Shown here piece by piece: positions 11,078-21,911 of a stretch of 64,000 nt of DNA. Position 1 is the stretch's first letter; every line of letters starts with the position of its first letter. The notes beneath the pieces are model-generated. The model worked only from the letters and a program-made list of their open reading frames with translations, was not told where the DNA came from and did not search any database. The DNA is from a virus (lineage: Duplodnaviria > Caudoviricetes): IMG/VR virus record IMGVR_UViG_3300032290_001460, positions 1 to 64,000 of that record; one strand, 5' to 3'. The position numbers and the translations under genes are program-made.

Positions 11078-13032
11078 TTGTTCTCCAATGTCTCTATCTG
11101 TTGCTTCAGGAGCGTAATCGTAGCATCCATTTCTTTGATGGCCTGTATTATTGGGGCAACTAGACCCGTATAGTCAAGTATTTGAACGCCATTCTCTGGG
11201 TCCTCTTTATCAACTAGCGCCCAAAATGAGTAATCATCAGAACCAAGAGTATTGAGTGCTTCTTTTACGTTTTGTGCACTGAGTCCAGCCCTATATCTGG
11301 TTCCGGCGTCGATGGATACTGGGGCGTTTCCGGACTCTTCTGTGAATTGTGGGTATAGGTAGGTGAACTTAATTGGGTCAAGCAAGCGAAGGAAATTCAT
11401 CCCCAATGGCAATGGGGCAATATTTTGTTTATATCTAATATCGGATGGGTTATAGAACTGGTATGCCCCAACAATGCTCCAAGCATTGACACCAAAGGTA
11501 CCTATCCCCCAATAGTATGTGTTATTTGCTGACGGTTGTCCATGCCCAAGACCAGCCAATGTATTACCAGCGAAATTTGAAGTACCGTATATCCAGTTGG
11601 TGCCAAGCGAATAAATACCCGATGGGTGATACGAGGCATTCCCAGTTCCGTCTACGTTACTATTCCCGTAGTATGCGTAAGCGTTTAATGTTCCATTTGA
11701 GCCAGTCCCGGAATTGCTGCCGCGGATAGATACACCATCAGACTTGATGAGTATCCGTTCAACTCCAGCGTAATAAAAACGCGATTCACCAGCAAAGTCC
11801 TTATACATAAACCACTGATTATTGGTGTCGTCATATAGCCCAAAACTTGAGCCATTTGACATAAATACAGCGTTGCCATTGATACTGTAACCAGCATATG
11901 TATTTTTATTACCAGTTACTTGAATTGAGCCATACTCTCCAGAAACAGCATACAGATAATGTGTTGCACTAAGATTGAATGAAGTTGCAGTTACGGCACC
12001 AGTAAAGCGCCCAGTTCCCATGACATTCAATGTATTGGTAACTTCACCGTCGGCAGGAGACTGACCAATAAGTGCGCTATCTGCTGTCCAAAAGTATTTA
12101 CTTGTTCCAGTAGTATTGCTTCGGAACCCCATGCGGTACGATGCACTGATTGTTGAATAAAATGACCAACCCGTTGCGCCCTGTAGAACTGGACCATTAG
12201 CCCACGGAAGTGCCGAATCAGCAGTTGTTGATGTGTAAATTTGATTATTAACACTGTTAGGAAGAGTGACTGTCCCACTAAGTGTTAGCCCAGTTAAAGT
12301 ACCAACACTAGTAATTGCTGTTTGAGCCGCACCAGTTACAGTAGCGGCAGAACCTGAAACATTTCCTGTCACGTTGCCCGTCAATGCACCAGCAAATGCC
12401 GTAGCAGTAACAGTTCCAACGACTTGAAGTGCTGTTGAAGGAGAAACAGTACCAACGCCAACACGATTATTGGTTGAATCAACTTTAAGTGTATTTGTGT
12501 CAATGGTCACATCCCCAGTAATAACTAGTGATGAGAGCGTGCCAGTCGAGGTGATGCTAGAAAGATTCCCTGTCGTAATTACCGTACCATCAACATTAGG
12601 TAAAGTGATAGTCCTGTCTGCGGTTGGGTCAACAACAGTGACCGTTGTTTCGTAATCATTATTGGTGGCACCTTCAAAAGAAAGAGTATTGCCTGTAGAA
12701 ATAATAATATTTCCGGATAGGTCAATAGTCCCCTCATTGTTTAAGGTGACATTATTTAAGGCGCCTGTAGTATCATATCGTCCATAAACAACCAACTCTT
12801 GTTTGAGGCCATCCAGAAAGCCACAAATTACTTTGTCGCCTTTAAGTAAAGGTTGAAGCAAGGGTGAACCGACCACTTTACAGCGTTCGAATGTCGAACG
12901 TAGTTTTTTGACGTGAACACCGACAGTATTGTCAACATAAACTATTTTAATTTCACCCAAATATGTTGCATTTGGTTGTAGTGGGTAGGCAGAACCTTTT
13001 GCCCCAGGTGTAGTTGCTCTAATGTCAGCCAT
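11074..13032 (-). CDS. Baseplate spike/central fibre with C-terminal peptidase S74 chaperone domain
   Basis: N-terminal OB-fold-like segment (KGDKVICGFLDG), fibre repeats, then SDIRYKQNI..L.PIKF..GLSAQ..Y..L.APIIQAIKE plus coiled coil. Confidence 0.75.
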   Translation of the reverse strand: MADIRATTPGAKGSAYPLQPNATYLGEIKIVYVDNTVGVHVKKLRSTFERCKVVGSPLLQPLLKGDKVICGFLDGLKQELVVYGRYDTTGALNNVTLNNEGTIDLSGNIIISTGNTLSFEGATNNDYETTVTVVDPTADRTITLPNVDGTVITTGNLSSITSTGTLSSLVITGDVTIDTNTLKVDSTNNRVGVGTVSPSTALQVVGTVTATAFAGALTGNVTGNVSGSAATVTGAAQTAITSVGTLTGLTLSGTVTLPNSVNNQIYTSTTADSALPWANGPVLQGATGWSFYSTISASYRMGFRSNTTGTSKYFWTADSALIGQSPADGEVTNTLNVMGTGRFTGAVTATSFNLSATHYLYAVSGEYGSIQVTGNKNTYAGYSINGNAVFMSNGSSFGLYDDTNNQWFMYKDFAGESRFYYAGVERILIKSDGVSIRGSNSGTGSNGTLNAYAYYGNSNVDGTGNASYHPSGIYSLGTNWIYGTSNFAGNTLAGLGHGQPSANNTYYWGIGTFGVNAWSIVGAYQFYNPSDIRYKQNIAPLPLGMNFLRLLDPIKFTYLYPQFTEESGNAPVSIDAGTRYRAGLSAQNVKEALNTLGSDDYSFWALVDKEDPENGVQILDYTGLVAPIIQAIKEMDATITLLKQQIETLENK

Positions 13033-14148
13033 TTAAATTAAACCCCCACTTTTAAAAAGGTATGAACCAGCAAGTCCTGTAGATGGGAAAATTTGACCAA
13101 CTTCATAATTGATAATTTTTCCATCAGGACGTTCAGGGCTGGCAAAACTAATATTGACTGGCTCTCGACTAAAATGATTAAACGAAACTTCGGTGATAAG
13201 AAATGGGCGTCCATCAAATGTTGGAATACCAAAAAGCAAGACCGTCATTCCTGGACGCAAGCATATTCCAGAAATGTAGTCAACTGTTGCGCTACCTTCT
13301 GCCGCCAATGGGTCGTCTTCCGATTGTCGCACTTGAGGGCATTGATGAAGTTGGAAAGCATTGCCTATATCCACAAAATTTTTGCTCAAATAGTTTCTGG
13401 GCCAACGTAAAGGAATGTAGTTGAAAGTTGCACTAAATGATTTATTGGTTTGTGGGTCAATATAATCTAATTCTGTTTGATATAAGCCCCATTTCCCTAT
13501 GAGACGATGTGGGGAAACAAAAAATAGAACGCCATCACATTCAAATAATAAGTATTTTGCTTCGCTAGCAAGACCGTCCATAACTGTCCATGTTGAATCT
13601 GCTTCAGTATCACCACTTGCTTTTGTTATTTGCTTTTTTTTACTTGTTTTTTGAACGGAGTAATCTAATTTATATTTTTTTGCTGCTGCTATAACGAAAT
13701 CTGAGCCATCACCTTTTATTGTTCCTGGTTCTTTGTCTCGTTTCATTTGCTGAACAGCCTTGGTGCGTAACTCTAGTTTTATTATTGGTGAGGAGCCACT
13801 CCCTGGCGATACCTCTACGGATGCTATTTCTAGTAGTTGTTGCAACCACTCGTTGTCATTCCTGATTGATGCCGTGGGTGTCCCAAGCATACTTTTATCT
13901 CCATTGAATTTGCCCATAAATACGTGCGTTCTGTACAGAACGTCTCTGCCAACTATGAAATAATTATTTCGCAGCAGGTCGAAGTTTGTATCAACAATTT
14001 CTACTGAAAGTTGAGTTACTAAAGTCATAGAATAACTGACATTTATTGAAATAATGGATGATTTTATTTCTTCCATGATGCCAGTGGTTAGGTCGCCAAA
14101 TAGTAACTCCCAGTCATCTTGTGCGGTTGTGAAATTATTTTCAGTCAT
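13033..14148 (-). CDS. Baseplate hub protein (gpD/gp27-like)
   Basis: Lies between the tube-initiator-like genes and the spike. STWTVMDGLA, LRPGMTV, FLITEVSF motifs. Start reassigned to MTENNF. Confidence 0.6.
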   Translation of the reverse strand: MTENNFTTAQDDWELLFGDLTTGIMEEIKSSIISINVSYSMTLVTQLSVEIVDTNFDLLRNNYFIVGRDVLYRTHVFMGKFNGDKSMLGTPTASIRNDNEWLQQLLEIASVEVSPGSGSSPIIKLELRTKAVQQMKRDKEPGTIKGDGSDFVIAAAKKYKLDYSVQKTSKKKQITKASGDTEADSTWTVMDGLASEAKYLLFECDGVLFFVSPHRLIGKWGLYQTELDYIDPQTNKSFSATFNYIPLRWPRNYLSKNFVDIGNAFQLHQCPQVRQSEDDPLAAEGSATVDYISGICLRPGMTVLLFGIPTFDGRPFLITEVSFNHFSREPVNISFASPERPDGKIINYEVGQIFPSTGLAGSYLFKSGGLI

Positions 14149-14150
14149 AA

Positions 14151-15701
14151 CTATTCCGTTACCGTAGGTGTAGGTGCAACAATACTGCCCCACACTGAAT
14201 CCTGCAGAATAGGTGACCACAAATCCGGATTACCGGGCGTGCCACCACCTGGAATGGTTGGTGGTGGTGGTGTCCCCGGAATTTTCAACTTGGGCAACCT
14301 ATAAAGACTTTGTTTCTCAATAGGATACTCAATCAAAGACAAACTTACTTGAGCAACAGATATAAGTGAAGGAGTAGTATTAGTTCTACGTTTCGCAGTA
14401 ATACTTAAGTCCGAAATAGCCCATTCGCTAGGAACTGCCGTAACGGAAGCCTGACGTAACTGTAAATCAAAAATGCTATCCAAACCAAAAATAGTAACAG
14501 GCAAAGGCAGGGTGGCCATTGCTCTCAGCATCTGCAAATCGTCTTCAACGTCTACATTAATACCGTCAGGAACTTCTGTATTTATTTGTCCGTTTGTTTC
14601 AATTCTTGTTCCAGCAACAATAAAAGACATTTGCACTTTAGTTAAACTCCAGGCATTCCATTCTATTAACGGGGAGTCTGTCGAGCGTGGTATCTCATTC
14701 CATTCCGAACCACCTGGTGTATAAGATATTGTTTGTGGTGTATAGGGAAAAATAAACTTTCTTTCAACTGGATTGCCATCAGTATCAGTGAACCGTTGAA
14801 TAATGAAAGGACGAGTCTCCGGAGTTCTTGGTAGTATTGAACTATATCCATTATTTGTTTTGACCGACACTGTCGCTTCCCCATAATCAACGAGAGATAT
14901 GACAGGATTTTTTGATGAGTTAGATGTTGGGGGTCGCGGTCCGTTTTTGTTGCCGGGACGCGTTGGTAATATTCTAGTTTTAAAATATTCATCAATTTGT
15001 GCTTGCGTATAACCCTGACCTAAAAGGGTGGTTGTTATTACCCCTATAATAATGCCCGGAATAGCAAACGGGTCTTTCGACGATAAATTTCCTACATTTA
15101 CTGTTCCGACACCGGGTATTTCTAGATTGCCATTTTTGTCTGGATTAGTTTCTAGTTTATCATCTCCTCCAGTTAAATCTTCGTCAATCTCACCGGCGCC
15201 TACAGTGCTCGAATACCAGGCATCCATTGTTGACTGCGAGATTGCAGAATATTTGGAACGACTTTGCAGGTACCATTTCCACCCTGTCCCTAGTGAGGCA
15301 TTGATGTCAGAGGTATTATAAAAAAGTTTAGGCAATGTCGTACTAGGCGAGGTTGCATTATATAAAACTGGCGACCATAGACGCTTAATAACATATTGGT
15401 CAGTTCCAATGCCAACAGGCATTAGCCCATATCTTCCGGAAAAAACTATTTCTTTAAGACTATAGGATTCATCTCCTAGTCCAAAAGAAGTATAATATTC
15501 TTGTACGGTATTCGTATCATATGTACTGTATTTTGCGTAGTCAACTACTTTTGTTCTAATCATACTTATGCGTATGCTGCCAAAGCCGCCGCGACCTACG
15601 CCGCGAATACCAGGTTCGTTAAACGATTTTGTGACTTTAACTTTGGACCTATCAGGCCAATTGCTCGTGAGATATGGGTTAGGGTTAGCGACGGGGGGCA
15701 T
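14151..15701 (-). CDS. Tail tube-initiator-like baseplate protein (paralog 2)
   Basis: C-terminal FIFPYTP..WNEIPR..LSLIEY is paralogous to 15701..17296. TAATG overlap start. Confidence 0.55.
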   Translation of the reverse strand: MPPVANPNPYLTSNWPDRSKVKVTKSFNEPGIRGVGRGGFGSIRISMIRTKVVDYAKYSTYDTNTVQEYYTSFGLGDESYSLKEIVFSGRYGLMPVGIGTDQYVIKRLWSPVLYNATSPSTTLPKLFYNTSDINASLGTGWKWYLQSRSKYSAISQSTMDAWYSSTVGAGEIDEDLTGGDDKLETNPDKNGNLEIPGVGTVNVGNLSSKDPFAIPGIIIGVITTTLLGQGYTQAQIDEYFKTRILPTRPGNKNGPRPPTSNSSKNPVISLVDYGEATVSVKTNNGYSSILPRTPETRPFIIQRFTDTDGNPVERKFIFPYTPQTISYTPGGSEWNEIPRSTDSPLIEWNAWSLTKVQMSFIVAGTRIETNGQINTEVPDGINVDVEDDLQMLRAMATLPLPVTIFGLDSIFDLQLRQASVTAVPSEWAISDLSITAKRRTNTTPSLISVAQVSLSLIEYPIEKQSLYRLPKLKIPGTPPPPTIPGGGTPGNPDLWSPILQDSVWGSIVAPTPTVTE

Positions 15702-17296
15702 TATGGTGTCCCTGTCGGCAAAACAATAGTATTTCCTACGGCTACTTGTAAAGTAGGAGACCACAAATCAGGACCACTTGGTGTCGTTGTATTAGTTGGT
15801 ATATTTGGCACAATCTCATCAAATGATGGCCGTTTAATATTGAAAATAGTACTTGATTCAACAATAATTTCAAGCAAAGTAATGTTAACTTGTGCCGTAG
15901 TGATTCGTTGCGGAGGAGTTTTTTGACGCCTAATAGCCTCAATAGTTAAATCAGTCATTACGAACTGAGTAGGTTTCTTACTTAAAGAATCATTAGTGTT
16001 CGTAAGAAGCGAATCCATGTTATATATAGTAATCGGCTGTTTGGTTTGAAACATTAAACGCAAGACATTCAACTGTTCATCAACGGATGCATCCATGCCA
16101 TCAGGGACTAAGACGCCACCAGGTTCTAGTCTTGTTGAAGCGACGATTAAAGAAAACGAAACTTTCATTCTTTGAAAAGAGGACCAGTCTAAGAAAGGAT
16201 AGTTGTATCCGCGTGGTATCTCTGTCCATACCGATGACAATGAAGAATATTGAACGTCGCTAGGGATATATGGAAAAACAAACTTTAGAGAAGAAAAATT
16301 AGAACTTGTTTCTGTAGTACTGCTTTCTGGGATGCCATTATTTAAATCTTCGGCTGACCTTACTGGCTGATTTGCTAAATATTGAATCATTTGCGGTTTA
16401 GTATCTTCAGCACCCGTTGATAGTGGTGGTAAAAGTCTTGGTGTCTCGTATGAACGCCCCAAACGCACTGTTACGAGTTGGCTTACTATTGGTTTGCTTA
16501 CAATTCCATAAGACACAGTCTTGGATGAACCCCCACCAGGACCTCCCCTAGGTCCAGTGCCGGGAGGGTTCGAATTACTGGGGTTGCCAGTGGGAGCCTT
16601 ATATACATAACTTGCCAAGAATGCATCAACGTCTGCTTGTGTATGACCTTTTTTCAATAAAGCAGCACGAAGAGCATTTTTAATGTTCTGAATAGTCTCC
16701 GCCGGGGTTTTGCCTAATGCTGCAGTTACAGTAACTCCGAAAGCATCAATGTTGGTAACAATTGCACCATATGTGCCTGTTGTAACCCCATAGGAGAAAG
16801 AACCTGGAGAATTTAAAGTAGGTACGGGATTATAATAAGCAGCACCAACAACAAAAGGGTTAACCGTAGTTGGAGTAGGGCCAAGACCAGAACCTACAGA
16901 ACCCCCAGTCACATCCACATTTACTACTTCTAGAGGAGGAGGAACCATGTGTGGTGAAGGACCAGGATTATTTGCGACAACAGCATATTCTCCGTCGGTA
17001 GTAGTCCAAAACTGGCGATACGGAGAATAATAATGATAATTTCCTCGGTTTGGACTGTTTAAAGGTTTGTATTGAAAGGATTCTTCCGTCCAAATTTCAT
17101 GTGTTTTGAAAGCGGTATGAGTTGCAGTGACTTTATCTCCTGACTTGAATTCCGGATTTTTTACAAGGCCAGTAGCATTCAAGCGGACAAGAATACCGAA
17201 CAATCCACTGTTTCTGTGTGAGCCTACAGGACCCTGAGAAGGATATGGGCTACGACTATTGTCCCCATTATCTTTAGGTGGCCAACTTTTTGCCAT
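15701..17296 (-). CDS. Tail tube-initiator-like baseplate protein (paralog 1)
   Basis: Directly after the tape measure gene. FVFPYIP..WTEIPR..ITLLEI. Confidence 0.55.
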   Translation of the reverse strand: MAKSWPPKDNGDNSRSPYPSQGPVGSHRNSGLFGILVRLNATGLVKNPEFKSGDKVTATHTAFKTHEIWTEESFQYKPLNSPNRGNYHYYSPYRQFWTTTDGEYAVVANNPGPSPHMVPPPLEVVNVDVTGGSVGSGLGPTPTTVNPFVVGAAYYNPVPTLNSPGSFSYGVTTGTYGAIVTNIDAFGVTVTAALGKTPAETIQNIKNALRAALLKKGHTQADVDAFLASYVYKAPTGNPSNSNPPGTGPRGGPGGGSSKTVSYGIVSKPIVSQLVTVRLGRSYETPRLLPPLSTGAEDTKPQMIQYLANQPVRSAEDLNNGIPESSTTETSSNFSSLKFVFPYIPSDVQYSSLSSVWTEIPRGYNYPFLDWSSFQRMKVSFSLIVASTRLEPGGVLVPDGMDASVDEQLNVLRLMFQTKQPITIYNMDSLLTNTNDSLSKKPTQFVMTDLTIEAIRRQKTPPQRITTAQVNITLLEIIVESSTIFNIKRPSFDEIVPNIPTNTTTPSGPDLWSPTLQVAVGNTIVLPTGTP

Positions 17297-20200
17297 TACT
17301 TTCGCTCCGTAATGCTGCGCTCGTTAGATTTAATCAATGCAAGAACTTCTGCGGCCAACTGTTGAGGATTCTTATTATAACCATTAATATTAATAGAATA
17401 GTTATTAGTAGAACCAGAAGAAACAGCAACCCCATCCTGACCAACGGCACCCATAGAAACAGCAGTAGAAGTATCACCGGAAGCCCTAGCATTAGGCACA
17501 ACATGAAGATGACGAGCAGCATTCACACCATGGAACTCCGCAAACCCACCACTAGCCTCAACAGCAGACTTATATTGTCCAAGGTTCTGACCAACAAGGT
17601 CCAAGGCCCCACCAGTAACATGGTCCGAGTTAATGGAACCTAAATTGAAATTACGGACACCAGAAGTTATCTGACGCTTACCCGTGACCATGGATGATAA
17701 TGCTTGATGCTTCATGAAAGTAGAGTTGAATCGTGATGATGCAGTATCGCCACGAGGAGTTGTCGTGTCTTGCAAAGCGTCGTCTATTCCATCTTTGTTT
17801 TTGTCAATTATTGTAGTAGCAGCCGCTATGGTATTAGGAATGTTCGCTATAATTGTACCCATCTCACTTACGAAAGATTCAAGCACCGACGTTACATCTG
17901 ACAATTTCAAACCTAACGCTTCTAGTTCGGAATCAATATTAGGAGGTGTCAAATCTAACTTATCTGCCTCAACACGTGCAAATCCGTCGCCAAGGTAATC
18001 ATTCATCACCCTACCTATCTCCACCGGCGTCAATTCGTTGAGACCCCTGCCCTGACGCAGGGAGGACTCCTTTGTCGGGTCCAAGAATGTTTGCAACTCA
18101 TTATATCTTGCAAAATCAGTTCGTGCCAAATCAGCAAACAAACCTGGCAATGCTTCAAAAGAAGCCCCCTTCGCTTTATATGTCCCAGAATCCAGTCCAG
18201 CAAGAGCCTCGACGTATTGCCTTTGACCCGCTAATCCAGATTCCTTAAATGTGTCACTAGACATTCCTGCTAAAAGTGCACCAAGTTCTCCAGTAGTGAA
18301 CAATGAGATGATGTCAGCGTTATTGAAATACCCGTTTTCTTGCATGAAAGCCTTGCCACCAGGACCTATTTGTTCCATCAACGATACCATTGCTTGTTGT
18401 GTATTGCCACCATAGAATTGAGTGTAAGCCTGAAACATTTCCATTATTTTGTCTGAAGCAGTAGCCGCATCTAAGGTCCCTGCCTTATTCGCTTCGTAGA
18501 TTGAGCGACCAATTTCGTCAATGATTGCAGGTGCTCTTTCTTGTTCACCAAAAGTTCTTAACTTCTCCATGTTTGCGCCCATTTGGTTGGCAAAAATGCC
18601 TTGAATTTCTAGTTGTGTCGAAGCCAAACCTTCAGCAATTTTTTTGAATGTTTCACCAAAACCTTCTCGTACTTCAAAAAGGTTTGTACCAGTTTCTTTT
18701 GCTAAAGAAATTATGTCGTCTTCGCTTTTACCAAAGGCTTTAGCAAGGTCCTCTAATTTGGACTTATAACTGTCCTTGACATATTTCATAACTGCCGCAT
18801 CTGTACCACCTTTTTCTTGTATGGCAGTAAAAAATGCTTCCAAATCTCCAGTTGCTTTGTCTACCGCAGCCTGGTCAGGGAGGTATTTGGCCCAAGCGCC
18901 AGAATTGGTATCGAACTGGCGTTGAAGTTCCGCTTTCATACCTGAGTCGCCATTTTTTTCGATATCTTTCAAAGCGTCGCCTGCCATTTTTTGCAATTCA
19001 ATTATTGGTCGTGAAGCATTTTCTAAAGTTTTATCAATGTTTGCCGTAGTCAACCCTGCTGTTCCTACGTTCATCAGCGTTGAAGATAAACCTTTCATCA
19101 TTTCCTGATGCGCTTCTCGAACCATGCTTTCGCCAATTTTTTTTGCTTCTTGTTTTCTCTTCTTATTTTTATTCCACCAACTACCAAGTCCAGAAATTGC
19201 TCCTCCAAGAACAGCGCCGACGGCGGCACCATAAGGGCCACCAATTTTCATTCCCATAGCAGCACCACCAGCGGCCCCCATACCTACGGCTGCTAAAGGA
19301 TTTTTTGCGTTCATACCAGCACCAACAAGACCAACACCGAGACCCATCATCGGGTCAAATTGTGCGACAGCGCCACCAACGGCTAATGCCCCTTGCATTT
19401 CCTTTGGAGCAAATTGACTTCCAGCAGCAAGGGCAGCACCAATACCAAATGATGCTTTTCCACTATTTAGAGCACCTTTAAAATTTTTGCCGTCACCAAA
19501 CATTTTCTGATAGGCAGCACTAGTACGTCCACCCCTAAATTTTTGACCAATATTTTTGGCACCGGTCACTAATTTCCCCACACGACCAGAGCCCGACCAA
19601 GTATCGCCGGGCATATCCGCAAGTTTTGCTTCGGAGTATCCCGGACGGAATAAGTTTTTTAATCTTCCGCCAGGCTTCCAGTTCATCTTAGGGTTTCCGT
19701 TGTCATCGAACTGTATTGCGCCGTCGGCTCCAAGGTCAAATTCTTTGTCCTGCATGGCCCATTCTTTATGACTTGATGGCCCCTGATTCGGCGAACCGAT
19801 ACCATCTCTAAAGTCCTGTATTTCTTTCAAGCGTTGTTCAGGGAAATTGGCTGCCCTAATATTTTTAGCGTATGCAATTCCTTTTAAGCGCTTATCTCTA
19901 TCGTTTTGAGTAAGTGCTCTAGCAGGAGTGCGTGGAGTTCTTTTTGCTCGGCTAGAATCGCCAGCCTCAAAACTATCTAATAATTTTTTACTTTCTTCCC
20001 TTGCTTTTATGGTATCACTAACAATGCCTTGCGACCTGCTAGCAATATCTGCTAGTCCTGTGCCTCCAGCAGCATCGACGACAGCAGCAGTGCTTGCCAT
20101 ACCAGCAACAGCAGCACCCGCTCCCGCTCCCGAATTACCAGTTGCACCAAATCTATTAGCATTTCTTACAGCAGGACCACTAGTTTGTCCTCCGGCAGTT

Positions 20201-21882
20201 ACTCCATGCATTGGGACGCCATTGATGCTGGCGCTATTAATATTGACAACGTTGGCATTAATATCTTGTCTGGATAGTGTTCCGCCAATAGTCTTCTTCA
20301 TTGAAGTTCCTATTGCTCTTGAACCAAGCAGCAATGCAAGTGAAGATAATTCGCCACCACCAAAAAGTTCACGAATTCCACCCATCAAAGAAAAAACGGT
20401 ATCAAGAATACTAGTTAAACCATCTATGACTTTATTAATGAATGGCAAAATATCAAAGAATATGTCTCGTAAAGTTTTCCCGTATTTAAAAATTGTAATA
20501 ATTAAATTACCAATTTTAGAACCAAACGCTTCAACATCGGCACGATTCTCTTGAAGTAAATCATTGATGTGCCCGAAGCCATCCGCCAACTCTCTACCAA
20601 CAATTCTAAAAATGTTTCCGAACATTTTTTCTAAAACTCTTGCACCGTCGATAAGGGGACGCAATTTTTCTAAAACGTAATCCCACCCCATCTTAAATTG
20701 CCCCATCCATTCACTAATTTTGGAGAAGAAACCGCCTGCCTGTGGCAAAAACTTGTTAACAAATTTAACAAAAAAGTTTTCAAATTTTTCAATAGCAGAA
20801 AAAAGGCCTTCAAAAAAACTTCCTTGACTAAATACGGCGAGACTTCCAGAGATACGTACAAAAGTTTTCTTCAAAGAGAAAGCAACTTCTTCTAAAAATA
20901 CTTTAGTAGGTTCAAGTAATGGTTGACCAAAGTCGGCGAACATGGCAACCGCTTGTGTTTTTAATGCCTTGAATCTACTCAAGAGAGTTCCAGATACGGC
21001 ATCAAACTGCCCTGCAACACCACCAGCAAGAGCAAGCGAACCATCATTAATGGCGTTGATGAGGCCTTCCTTGGTCGTGATATTTAGGTCTGTTAGAGCC
21101 TTCTCCATTGCTGGACCAAGTTCTTCTGCCGCTTTCTTCATCTTGCTAAAATCTGCTTTAGGGTCCTGTATTGTTGCAATAAGTTTTCCTGCAGCAGCAG
21201 CACCCTTAGCAACATCTTGACCAGCCGCACCAAAATCCATTAAGGACTTCAACATTTTCTGAGTGCCACCACCATAGGTGCCAGTCTTGTAAATTTCTGC
21301 CAACGCAGCATTCAAACCTTCAGCACCAATGGTTGCCAACTGGGAATCGGTCTGCATCATCCGCATCTGGACACGGACCTGGTTAATTCCTTTGCCGAAC
21401 TCTCCCATGTTTGTACCTTTGTAGGCATACATTGCGGCCTGATGTTCCCTCATTGCCGCTGCAGCAATGGAAGCAGCCGTAGCAAGAGCACCAATAGCGC
21501 CAGCACCAGCCTTCATGAGCCAGTTCCATGCTTTCATCGCTGCCTGCCCAACAACAAAAGCGGCATGAACAGCCAACAATGCCGCACCAAGAGCAGCCAC
21601 CTGAATAGTGGCAAACTTTGCAGACATCGCAATACCTTTATGAATCATTCCACCAGAGGCTTTAACCATCTTGTCAATGCCATCAAAATGTTTTCTGTGG
21701 ATTCTAGTCTGGTCCGTCAAACTTTTAGACATTTTGTCAGTGTAGGCACCTAAACTTCGAGCGGACTCTTTAAAATTCTGTGCATTGGCTAAACGGGCAA
21801 GTTTCTTGAGTTGGTGACCTACCTTAGTAAGTTTCCACGCACCATCAACACCAATATTAACGTCAAGGTTTGCCTCTGCCAT
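17296..21882 (-). CDS. Tape measure protein with C-terminal M15-like zinc peptidase motif
   Basis: 1528 aa, helical and Ala/Gly-rich with hydrophobic Gly-zipper segments. Follows the chaperone and tube genes. C-terminal ITSGVR..SDHxxGxALD..HLHV. Confidence 0.85.
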   Translation of the reverse strand: MAEANLDVNIGVDGAWKLTKVGHQLKKLARLANAQNFKESARSLGAYTDKMSKSLTDQTRIHRKHFDGIDKMVKASGGMIHKGIAMSAKFATIQVAALGAALLAVHAAFVVGQAAMKAWNWLMKAGAGAIGALATAASIAAAAMREHQAAMYAYKGTNMGEFGKGINQVRVQMRMMQTDSQLATIGAEGLNAALAEIYKTGTYGGGTQKMLKSLMDFGAAGQDVAKGAAAAGKLIATIQDPKADFSKMKKAAEELGPAMEKALTDLNITTKEGLINAINDGSLALAGGVAGQFDAVSGTLLSRFKALKTQAVAMFADFGQPLLEPTKVFLEEVAFSLKKTFVRISGSLAVFSQGSFFEGLFSAIEKFENFFVKFVNKFLPQAGGFFSKISEWMGQFKMGWDYVLEKLRPLIDGARVLEKMFGNIFRIVGRELADGFGHINDLLQENRADVEAFGSKIGNLIITIFKYGKTLRDIFFDILPFINKVIDGLTSILDTVFSLMGGIRELFGGGELSSLALLLGSRAIGTSMKKTIGGTLSRQDINANVVNINSASINGVPMHGVTAGGQTSGPAVRNANRFGATGNSGAGAGAAVAGMASTAAVVDAAGGTGLADIASRSQGIVSDTIKAREESKKLLDSFEAGDSSRAKRTPRTPARALTQNDRDKRLKGIAYAKNIRAANFPEQRLKEIQDFRDGIGSPNQGPSSHKEWAMQDKEFDLGADGAIQFDDNGNPKMNWKPGGRLKNLFRPGYSEAKLADMPGDTWSGSGRVGKLVTGAKNIGQKFRGGRTSAAYQKMFGDGKNFKGALNSGKASFGIGAALAAGSQFAPKEMQGALAVGGAVAQFDPMMGLGVGLVGAGMNAKNPLAAVGMGAAGGAAMGMKIGGPYGAAVGAVLGGAISGLGSWWNKNKKRKQEAKKIGESMVREAHQEMMKGLSSTLMNVGTAGLTTANIDKTLENASRPIIELQKMAGDALKDIEKNGDSGMKAELQRQFDTNSGAWAKYLPDQAAVDKATGDLEAFFTAIQEKGGTDAAVMKYVKDSYKSKLEDLAKAFGKSEDDIISLAKETGTNLFEVREGFGETFKKIAEGLASTQLEIQGIFANQMGANMEKLRTFGEQERAPAIIDEIGRSIYEANKAGTLDAATASDKIMEMFQAYTQFYGGNTQQAMVSLMEQIGPGGKAFMQENGYFNNADIISLFTTGELGALLAGMSSDTFKESGLAGQRQYVEALAGLDSGTYKAKGASFEALPGLFADLARTDFARYNELQTFLDPTKESSLRQGRGLNELTPVEIGRVMNDYLGDGFARVEADKLDLTPPNIDSELEALGLKLSDVTSVLESFVSEMGTIIANIPNTIAAATTIIDKNKDGIDDALQDTTTPRGDTASSRFNSTFMKHQALSSMVTGKRQITSGVRNFNLGSINSDHVTGGALDLVGQNLGQYKSAVEASGGFAEFHGVNAARHLHVVPNARASGDTSTAVSMGAVGQDGVAVSSGSTNNYSININGYNKNPQQLAAEVLALIKSNERSITERK

Positions 21883-21911
21883 ACTGACTCCTAGTAAAAC
21901 AAAAGAAAGGT

